Part shown: piece after piece, positions 12,341 through 21,537 of the stretch
How the letters are laid out: each line of letters begins with the position of its first letter
Numbering within the stretch: the stretch's first letter is position 1
Assembly (NCBI GenBank): GCA_002269645.1
Contig: NIVC01003782.1
Location: 1 to 64,000 of the forward strand
DNA length: 64,000 nucleotides
Reading direction: 5' to 3'
Source: Macrostomum lignano
Taxonomy: Eukaryota
The notes under the pieces: generated by a model
The model's database searches: none
What the model saw: only the letters and a program-made list of their open reading frames with translations
What the model was told of the DNA's origin: nothing
Position numbers and translations under genes: made by a program

Positions 12341-12671
12341 AGTCCTTCTCGTAGTCGGCTGCGTCATATTCCTATGCGGCATTGTGGCAGCTGTAATAGC
12401 AATCATGGTCTGCTGCTTCGGCATGCAGCTCTGCTTTGATTGTGCCAACAGGCCGCGCGGGCATGGCGGCGGCGGAGGTCTTGGGTTGTTTTCTTGCTGC
12501 AAAGGCGGTGGCTACGGAGGCGGTGTCTACGGAGGCGGTGGCTACGGAGGTTACAGAGGCGGCGGCGCTTACGCTGGAGGTTACGGAGGTAGCCCCGCAC
12601 CCAACTACCCAGCGCCTATGGCCTACGCTCCGCGCCCGTTTCAAGCCCCAATGGGCAATTATCCTGCCTAA
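12341..12671 (+). CDS. Small single-pass Cys-rich membrane protein with a Gly/Tyr/Pro-rich tail, paralog 3 of 3 (terminal exon; candidate first exon 11648-11682, MAETCSSTDTR)
   Basis: Branch point plus acceptor taactaacag|A at 12341, then VLLVVGCVIFLCGIVAAVIAIMVCCFGMQLC...GGGYGGG...PNYPAPMAY. The candidate first exon aaaATGGCC...AGAAA|gtgact ends in the required phase 2. Confidence 0.7.
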
Positions 12672-13139
12672 GACCTGATTGCCTAAAAACCCATCGAACT
12701 TTGACTGTGACCGAAAATTTTTGTACTTTTTAATGTTTCTGTTTTCAAATCGACAGCCGAAATGGCAAAAATTTTTTTGGTTTCCTAATAAGTCTCCAGT
12801 AAACAAATTGATATCAATGATGATATAAACCAAACGGAATATACTGTTATTTCTTTGACTAAACAAGTGTATCGCAATCGCAAGGCTAGAATTGAAAATA
12901 AGTTATAATTAAGACCAAATAAGATTATTTCAAATTTGCAAAAATGTTACTCCAGAGACAAGCAGTAAAACAAGAGATAAATTTGTATTTAAGATACTTT
13001 AAATCAACTGCAGTTTCAAGTTTCACTTAGCGCAGAAAAGTACACACTGTCCTGTTGAAACGCGTATTAGCCAAATTGAATAAGAAATGAGGGATTTAAA
13101 ATAGTGCTAATTCACTTGGATGTTTGTGGAGCTGAGAAT

Positions 13140-13585
13140 GTGGAGGGCCGGGAAGTGCGGTGGCTGCGGAACTGAGGGGTGTGGAGGGCCGGGGAGTGAG
13201 GTGGCTGCGGAACTGAGGGGTGTGGAGGGTCGGGGAGTGAGGTGGCTGCAGAACTGAGGGGTGTGGAGGGTCGGGGAGTGAGGTGGCTGCGGAACTGAGG
13301 GGTGTGGAGGGTCGGGGAGTGAGGTGGCTGCAGAACTGAGGGGTGTGGAGGGTCGGGGAGTGAGGTGGCTGCGGAACTGAGGGGTGTGGAGGGCCGGGGA
13401 GTGAGGTGGCTGCAGAACTGAGGGGTGTGGAGGGCCGGGGAGTGAGGTGGCTGCAGAACTGATGAGTGTGAAGGGTCGGGTAGTGAAATGGCTGCAAAAA
13501 TGAGGGGTGTGGAGGGTCGGGGAGTGAGGTGGGTGCGGAACTGAGGGGTGTGGAGGGTCGGGGAGTGAGGTGGGTGCGGAACTGA
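13140..13585. repeat. 41-bp minisatellite, ~11 copies
   Basis: Unit ggggagtgaggtggctgcagaactgaggggtgtggagggtc. Confidence 0.95.
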
Positions 13586-13633
13586 TTCGGCGTAGCCATG
13601 GAATTCTTTGTTACACTCGTAGAGACAGCTTTT

Positions 13634-14831
13634 TTACTGAGAGTCTAACGGAAGAATCCGAGGATTTTCAGTCCAAAACTTATCCTTAATAATGTCGATA
13701 TGCAGCAGAGTGGAAGCCGACTCCGCCTCAGCCTTGGCCACTTTGGCGGCAATCTCGCTTACTTCTTCCACACTTGCCTCGCCTACATCCGGGACATTGT
13801 CACCCACTGAGGCTTCCTCAGCGACGGCATCAACTTGTGAGTCGAGCAGGCTGGCTCGAACCAGCAGGCTGCCTTTACGATAGACTTCCGGCTCGTTATT
13901 GTAGTTGATGCCGAATTGGGAGAACAACAATTCGTTCTTGTCGGCTGCTAAAGTGCCTTTCAGGCGTTCCTGCGCCTGGTTGGCGCTCAAGCCGCCTCGA
14001 AGCACCAGCGACCAAAAGGCTGTGTTGTACAGATTGTTGATGTGGCAGTCGGCCTGGGAATGTACAGCATTCTCAGTCTCAGCAGATGACCAATCAGATC
14101 CTCACAGCCCGTGTCAAATACTGACCAATCAGAGCCTCACAACAGCCCATGTCAACTACTGACCAATCAGAGCCTCACAACAGCCCATGTCAACTACTGA
14201 CCAATCAGAGCCTCACAACAGCCCATGTCAGCTACTGACCAATCAGAGCCTCACAACAGCCCGTGTCAAATACTGACCAATCAGAGCCTCACAACAGCCC
14301 ATGTCAGCTACTGACCAATCAGAAGCTCTTAGCCCATATCATATACTGACCAACCAGAGCTCCCTACTCATAGCACAGGCAGCTTACCTGCCTCCAAGAC
14401 AGATAGTCCCGCAAAGTTCTCACAGACGGATAAGCCACAGCGCGGGCATCAAAAGCTGGCGGATACAGCAGCCTCCTATCGGGGAAGCAAATCGACCAAT
14501 TAAACACAAAAGCCGACGTGAACAATGAGCCAATTAGAGAAGCCAGCTTGCTGGCTCTCCTATTAAATGCATTCGTGTCTTTGTGCAGGACAAAGCTGTA
14601 CTCGTCGCTCTGACCGTACGCTAGCAGGATGCTGCGATGCTCCATTAGGACTCGCCTGGCTGCCAGCGTCATCAAACGAATACAGCGGGGCTCGTTGGGC
14701 TTAGCAAACTCGTGACGCTCTGAGAATTTGTGAAATCCTCGGCCATCCACTCGGACAACCAGCCAGCATTGCGGCAGCAGCTGGTCGCTCTGCTCGAACT
14801 TGCGCACGTATTCAAATTTGCTTTTGGCCAT
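13634..14831 (-). CDS. THG1L: tRNA(His) guanylyltransferase Thg1, 2 exons (14831-14388, 14053-13634), ~287 aa
   Basis: [13 protein letters not shown]...[13 protein letters not shown]...YGQSDEYSF...FDAR...YLSWRQ|[10 protein letters not shown]...[12 protein letters not shown]...RKG are Thg1 hallmark motifs. Canonical gtaag/cag phase-0 intron. Confidence 0.96.
14088..14360. repeat. 38-bp minisatellite inside the THG1 intron
   Basis: About 7 copies of gaccaatcagagcctcacaacagcccatgtcaactact. Confidence 0.92.
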
Positions 14832-14945
14832 AAAAGTAAAACAAATTATTATGGATTGATTTTTGTGCATAAAGTCAATAAAGTCAAGATTGAGACGCAA
14901 CGATAATCTATCAAAATACAATATTAAAACCCAAAAGCAAAAAAT

Positions 14946-15860
14946 CAGCCAATCAGAGACAACCGGAATTACCCACACCAACTCTTGGCCAATCAGAGAC
15001 AACTGGAATTACCCACACCGACTCTTGGCCAATCAGAGACAACTGGAACTACCCACATCAACTCTCGGCCAATCAGAGACAACTGGAATTACCCACACCG
15101 ACTCTTGGCCAATTAGAGACAACTGGAATTACCCACACCGACTCTTGGCCAATCAGAGACAACTGGAATTACCCACACCGACTCTTGGCCAATCAGAGAC
15201 AACTGAAACTGCCCACACCAACTCTTGGCCAATCAGAGGCAACTGGAATTACCCACACCGACTCTTGGCCAATCAGAGACAACTGAAACTGCCCACACCA
15301 ACTCTTGGCCAATCAGAGGCAACTGGAATTACCCACACCGACTCTTGGCCAATCAGAGACAACGGGAACTGCCCACACCGACTCTTGGCCAATCAGAGAC
15401 AACTGGAATTACCCACACCGACTCTTGGCCAATCAGAGACAACTGGAACTACCCACACCGACTCTTGGCCAATCAGAGACAACTGGAATTACCCACACCG
15501 ACTCTTGGCCAATCAGAGACAACTGGAACTACCCACACCAACTCTTGGCCAATCAGAGACAACTGGAACTACCCACACCAACTCATGGCCAATCAGAGAC
15601 AACTGGAACTACCCACACCGACTCTTGGCCAATCAGAGACAACTGGAACTACCCACACCAACTCTTGGCCAATCAGAGACAACTGGAACTACCCACACCA
15701 ACTCATGGCCAATCAGAGACAACTGGAACTACCCACACCGACTCTTGGCCAATCAGAGACAACTGGAACTACCCACACCAACTCATGGCCAATCAGAGAC
15801 AACTGGAACTACCCACACCGACTCTTGGCCAATCAGAGACAACTGGAACTACCCACACTA
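14946..15860. repeat. 40-bp minisatellite, ~23 copies, directly upstream of the THG1 start
   Basis: Unit ccaatcagagacaactggaa(c/t)tacccacacc(g/a)actcttgg. Confidence 0.97.
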
Positions 15861-16710
15861 AACACTGACCAATTATATAGAACAAATAAACTTCAATTCT
15901 AATAAAATATTAAAGCAAACACTTGAAAAAGTGTGTCTCAAAATTAGGCAATCAACGGTCAAGTTTTAAATAAATCATATTTTATTTCAATATCAATGTA
16001 TTTGTATATCAAAAGTATGCATGCAAAACCAGAGTACACCAAAACCTGCTTCCATATTAAAGGGAAGTAAACCCTGGGTGCCACTGCATTAAACCAAAAG
16101 AGACAAAATCAATCTAAAATCAACAAAGTTCATTGATGATAAAGCTTCAATATGTGAGTATCAATGTTAAACACAAATGGAACTTAAATTATGGAAAAAA
16201 ATTCCGACACAATAAAATACTGAATACAGTACTTATAATACGCATATTGCGATTGACGAGTTTTTCAAGAATCTAGGTAAGAAAATGAGGAATGGAGGAT
16301 AAATATAGACATAAATAAAATACGATAAATTATATATCTTTTAGCACACTAGACACCTTATTTTCGGTCGGAAGGACTGCCTCTACAGTTATGTCTTTCG
16401 ATACATATCGATTGAAAACAGATAAATTGAAAAGAAATATTCAATACATATCGGCAGCACTATAGGTCCCACTAATTCAAGAATGCATTTCAATGCATAT
16501 CGGTATCACTCGGCGTCAGTAAGTTTATTAATGTACATTTCGATACATATCGGTAGCACTCGATCTCTATGGTTGATTACTGCATTTAAAAAAACACGGC
16601 AATTTATGTACTGAAATAGATTTCGATACATATCGGCTGTAGAACAACATATGTAATTTCTTTAACAAAGAAAATTTCGATACATATCGGCAAAGGTATT
16701 AAAATTACAG

Positions 16711-18991
16711 CTATGCTTCCTGCGTATCAGCTACTGATGTCAATCGAACATCGCCTTGACTGACAACTGCAGCCTCAGTTGCATCATCCTCTGGTTCTTC
16801 TGTTGGTAGGCCGGCAGAAATTAGAAGCGGAGCCAATACGGTTCGAATCTCGGCTAATGAGGGCCGCCTGTCAGGATCTGGGTTACCCATAGAGAGAATC
16901 AGCTGCTGTAGCTCTGAAGGGTAGCTGATAGGAGTTTGAGAAGATTGTCATTAGTTATAAGATTGAGCGTAAAATTAAATTTAAAGTGCGAACACTCACT
17001 CGAATTCTGGACTAGTTGGTAGTTTAATCCCCGAGCAAGTGGCTAAAGCGACGCTATCGCCGCGACTATACACCGGATCAAATGGCGACTCGTTGTAGCA
17101 CAGGGCGTAAAGAACGCAGCCAAGGCTCTATAATAAAAGTACATGGTATTAGCATGTTGCAATGCAAAGGATATTTTTGCCTTTAAACAATATAAAGTCT
17201 TGTTCACTTTCTACAATACTAAGCATCGGTGGTTCAGTGGTAGAATGCTCGCCTGCCACGCGGGCGGCCCGGGTTCGATTCCCGGCCGATGCAACATTTT
17301 TTACCAATCTTGGATTCACACTAAACAAGCGCAAAACGTATTTTAATTTAGTAAGAATTTTTTAAAGATTTCGAAAAAATGAAAAAATAACATATAAGTA
17401 TTAAACATTCAGAGTATAGTTTGCTAGCCGATATGTTGCGAAAATAATTTGATTTCATTTATTTCAGCGGATTGGATAGTCCTATATACTAGCTAGACAG
17501 ATACGGAAATCTCTATTTAATTACTAATTTTAAAGTAGATACATCGCTAAGTTTTACTAAATTACTACCAACACTGAAAAAAACTATTTAAACTCATTCC
17601 ATTTTAAAGTTGTTACAAAAAAACAGGGTAAGGATAGCGAAATTAAAAACGACAAAATATTCGTATATTTCTACTTTCAGTAGTTCAAATAGCCATCTCA
17701 CCCAAATATCGGCTTTCTCGCTGATAATGCCAGGACACGGCACGTTGTACAGCTCAGGCGCCCGATATGTCATCGAGCAGTGCTCGGCGGCGAAATCCTG
17801 CCAACGTACAGCCTCCTGACGACTATTAATCCACACCAGTTTATCCGTGACGCTACCAAAATCCATCAGGATTGGTCGTAATGAGTCGTCTAAGAGTACA
17901 TTGCCAGTTTTCAGGTCCCGATGCGCCAAATCGGCCGAGTGCATTGCGGCCAAACCAGAGCAGAGACCGCTAATTGTTGATAGGATTCTATTCAAACCAA
18001 TTGACGATTTGGCAATACGGCAGAGGTCCAATTCTTCGGATAAAGTGCCACGTCGATGGTAGGGAAGCACCAAAATTACCTCGGCAACCACTGTTGCCGC
18101 CACTGAGGTTATTGGCTGGCCGACTGAGTGGCCCAGACAGGTGAGCAGGTTCGGGTGCCGCAGCCTGCGGTGGTACTCAGCCTCTCGAACAGCCCGCTCC
18201 GAGTCCGCGCGGGAGTGACAGAGAATTCGTTTCGCCACGCACAGCCGGTTGGATTTCTCTTCACGGCACAAATCCACCTGGCTGAAGCCGCTGCACAAAT
18301 CGCATTTTGGAGACGCTGCGTTATTTTCTTATTGGCGAATGCTACTTTCGATACATATCGGGTCATGGACTTATCGATTTTTTAATAGACAAACACTACT
18401 TTCGATACATATCGGGTCATGGACTAATCGATTTTTTAATAGACAAACACTACTTTCGATACATATCGGGTCATGGACTAATCGATTTTTTAATAGACAA
18501 ACACTACTTTCGATACAAATTGGGTCTTGGACTTATCTAATTTTGAATAGGCAAACATTACTTTCGATACATATCGGGGCATGAACATACTTTCGATACA
18601 TTCTTGCATATCAGGCCATACCTTAACTGACATAAATACACGAATAAAAGCACGAAACGTCCTGTTTTCAGCTGGACTCTGAATAGAGCTTTGTGGCGCC
18701 TTTAAATACTGCATTAACTAGCAAAGTTTAAATTTATATCTATAAATTGTATGTTTGTGTAGCATGTTACGAATACTACTTTCGATACATATCGGATCGT
18801 GTCTATTCATGCACTTAACCAATATCGTATCAGTTTAATTCCCAATTTCAACTATTACAGACAGGCAAACGAATTAAGCTGCAGGAGTTTATTAAAAATT
18901 AAAACACGACTCACCCTTCGCCAATATTTTCAACAATTCGATACGATCTCCCATCCACAACGAAAGTTGGGCCCGACTGAATGCAGCCCAT
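16711..18991 (-). CDS. STK16: Serine/threonine kinase 16 (NAK family), 4 exons (18991-18915, 18290-17702, 17127-17000, 16924-16711), 335 aa
   Basis: MGCIQSGPTFVVDGRSYRIVENIGEG|GFSQVDL...VAKRILCH...HRDLKTGNVLL...DFGS...YRAPE...ADIW|SLGCVLYALC...RGDSVALA...DPDRRP. All three introns are GT-AG with matching phases. The N-terminal MGC motif fits STK16 myristoylation and palmitoylation. Confidence 0.93.
17223..17293 (+). tRNA. tRNA-Gly(GCC)
   Basis: GCATCGGTGGTTCAGTGGTAGAATGCTCGCCTGCCACGCGGGCGGCCCGGGTTCGATTCCCGGCCGATGCA forms a full cloverleaf. Anticodon GCC at 17255-17257, T6 Pol III terminator at 17297-17302. Confidence 0.98.
18343..18600. repeat. 54-bp minisatellite in STK16 intron 1, ~4.5 copies
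   Basis: Unit tactttcgatacatatcgggtcatggactaatcgattttttaatagacaaacac. Confidence 0.9.
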
Positions 18992-19572
18992 TTGATTTAA
19001 ATAAAACTTGATCACAAGTTTCTATTATACTACTGTTTTTGATTCTGAAAGTAGTGCGAAGTTATTATTATCAACTAGATGTATGTAAATATCGATTAAT
19101 AATTATAATAAGATACTCTTAACAAAAAACCATACTACTAAAAGTAGCTGGCATAAATTTGCATAACAACGAAATCAAAATAAAAAACTTATAACAAGCT
19201 TTAATGATTCAATTATATCATCTACATGGGATGATTAATTAGTTGAATTAACTAACGATAGAAGTGTTTATTTATTAATAAATTTATCGATTTTCTTGCA
19301 GAAAGTTTGAGCCCCAGGCGCTACGGAGAACTGTTATTGCTTGCTTTAATAATTTTAAGCAAACAGATGATGGGCAATGAAGGTGTTGCAACAAGTGGCC
19401 CATGGACGCGTGTTTTTAGCTATACTAGAAGATACACTGAAGGAGAGAGTGAAGCTTTTTTCTAATCAATACAAACGAAAACTCGATGCCCTACTAATAG
19501 TAGTTAAGCTACGTCTTAAATTTAAAGTGTTCCAATTTTCATCAGTTTCCAAAGTCAGCCTATAGTTTTCAA

Positions 19573-19812
19573 TTACTCGGCATCCTCGCCTTCGGTGCGG
19601 TAATTCTTGCAGATTTGCAGGAAAGCGCACAGCGGCAGAAACCAGACCAGGTAGAGGCTGACGCCCATGCCGACTTTGGTGCCAACGGAGACCCGGTTGC
19701 GCGGCGGCGTGGCCCAGTAGAAGTTGGAGTTGGCGCGGACAGCCGGCATTGATGCCTGATGGCCAAGCCGGGTGCCGGCGCGTAGCAAAGCGAGAGAAGT
19801 GCGGCTCAGCAT
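19573..19812 (-). CDS. COX8: Probable cytochrome c oxidase subunit VIII (79 aa)
   Basis: Arg-rich, acid-free mitochondrial presequence MLSRTSLALLRAGTRLG..., then TPPRNRVSVGTKVGMG, one TM helix with an FLP motif, and ending KNYR. This is the COX8 layout (PP..R.S..EK...TM..P.W.L..YK/R). Confidence 0.7.
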   Translation of the reverse strand: MLSRTSLALLRAGTRLGHQASMPAVRANSNFYWATPPRNRVSVGTKVGMGVSLYLVWFLPLCAFLQICKNYRTEGEDAE

Positions 19813-20119
19813 GACTGCTCGGGTGGCGGTTAGAGAGGATTGCGCATGCAATAGACAGCAGGACAAAGTGTTTTACGATACATATCGGCTTTATGAGTTC
19901 AACAATGCATTAATTAATATTAGCTCTCTAACTTCCTTAGACACCTTTGATTTTCTCAGGCATTTTATCACACTATATCCGAACCTGTCTTAAATTAATT
20001 CGGACACGCACAGATTCGAACCCGGGCACTTTGGCACCAAGGACTACTGAAGTAGAAAGACGGGACGCCACGTTTCTAGGAAAACTTTAGGAGACAGGTT
20101 TTACCGAAAAGCACATATT

Positions 20120-20577
20120 AGTTCTCCCTCTTTTCCCGTCTTTGCTCTCCCTTCTTCCCCTGCTCTCCTCTCTCTCATATTCTCCCCCTCTCTTCTCTCT
20201 TGTCTCTCCGCTTTTCTCCCTTCTTTCTCCTCTCCTCTCCCCTCTCTCCCCTTCTCTCTCCTCCTCTCTTCCCTCTTTCCCCTTCTCTTCCTTCTCTCTC
20301 CTCTTCTCTTCCGTCCCTCCCCTTCTCCTCCGTCCCTCCCCTTCTCTTCCCTCTCTCCCCTTCTCTTCCTTTCTCTCTCCTCTTCTCTTCCCTCTCTCCC
20401 CTTCTCTTCCCTCTCTCCCCTTCTCTTCCCTCTCTCCCCTTCTCTTCCCTCTCTCCCATTCTCTTCCCTCTCTCCCCTTCTCTTCCCTCTCTCCCCTTCT
20501 CTTCCCTCTCTCCCCTTCTCTTCCCTCTCTCCCCTTCTCTTCCCTCTCTCCCCTTCTCTCTCCTCTTCTCTCCCCTC
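20120..20577. repeat. Polypyrimidine/polypurine low-complexity repeat (ctcttccctctctccccttct-type)
   Basis: Almost purely C/T on the + strand. The ORFs here are artefacts. Confidence 0.95.
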
Positions 20578-21184
20578 GACGACCCCAGTTATAGCTCTGT
20601 TGATATACATAAAGCCTTTCGTTTAGAAAACTAGGATTCTATATACGTTAATATTATATCATATGTACATGTCACATTCATAAAGCCAATGAGTTCAGCT
20701 GTGCCATTTGTATGATTTACTGCACTTTTTACTAATAATTGAAATAAAAATATGCAATCAAAATTTCGCATGCCAAGTTTTAAGTAGCTGAAAATTCAAA
20801 CTGGCACCTCGTTAAAGATTGCTGCATTTACTGTTAGCTCCGACTGTTCTGTCCGGAAAGCAACTTAAAAGAATCTTAAAAATAAACAGTTGCCGAACTG
20901 AGAACGGAGCACTAGCCTACTTTAAGTAGGGATATAAGTAGGTAGAAATGCTATAGGAAAATTAAAAAAGTAAATTGAACAAACTCTATCAAAAAGTGCA
21001 ACCAATTCATAAACTATTTATTTTTCATTAAATAATTTATACAAACATGATGGTAGAATGAACAAAAGCAATGCAATTCAAGCACAAAAAGTTAATCTGA
21101 TGACCAATTAAAGGAAGACAAATGCAATAACATTGAAGTTGGCTTAACTGTTTTTTAAATAGTGCATTGAAATAGTAAGGAGGG

Positions 21185-21480
21185 CCAGTCTAGCAATCCA
21201 CTGAATGATATCAAAGGGAAGGGTCTAGCAATCCGCTGAATGATATAAAAGGGAAGGGTCTAGCAATTCACTGAATGATATCAAAGGGAAGGGTCTAGCA
21301 ATCCACTGAATGATACCATGGACGGGTCTAGCAATCCACTGAATGATATCAAAGGGAAGGGTCTAGCAATGCACTGAAGGATTACAGAAGGGTTTAGCAA
21401 TCCACTGAATGATACCATGGACGGGTCTAGCAATCCATAGAATAATATCAAGGAAGGTTTACCCAATCCACTGAAGGACA
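21185..21480. repeat. ~35-bp imperfect minisatellite
   Basis: About 8 copies of gggtctagcaatccactgaatgatatcaaagggaa. Confidence 0.88.
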
Positions 21481-21537
21481 CTAGCATCAGGCAGGAAGGA
21501 CCCCACAGGCATTTACACAGAGAACTAAATGAAGATT

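Noticed and set aside
7676-15860. CRISPR-like regular repeats
   Set aside because: The units are head-to-tail with no unique spacers, the context is eukaryotic, and there are no cas genes.
14863-15902. ORFs of 187-332 aa across the 40-bp array
   Set aside because: Minisatellite translations that switch frame with each unit.
20010-20050. Isolated B-box-like gattcgaacccggg
   Set aside because: No A box or cloverleaf. At most a SINE or tRNA scrap.
20101-20634. Arg/Glu-rich and Leu/Ser/Pro-rich ORFs
   Set aside because: Low-complexity CT/GA repeat. The same applies to 36009-36979.
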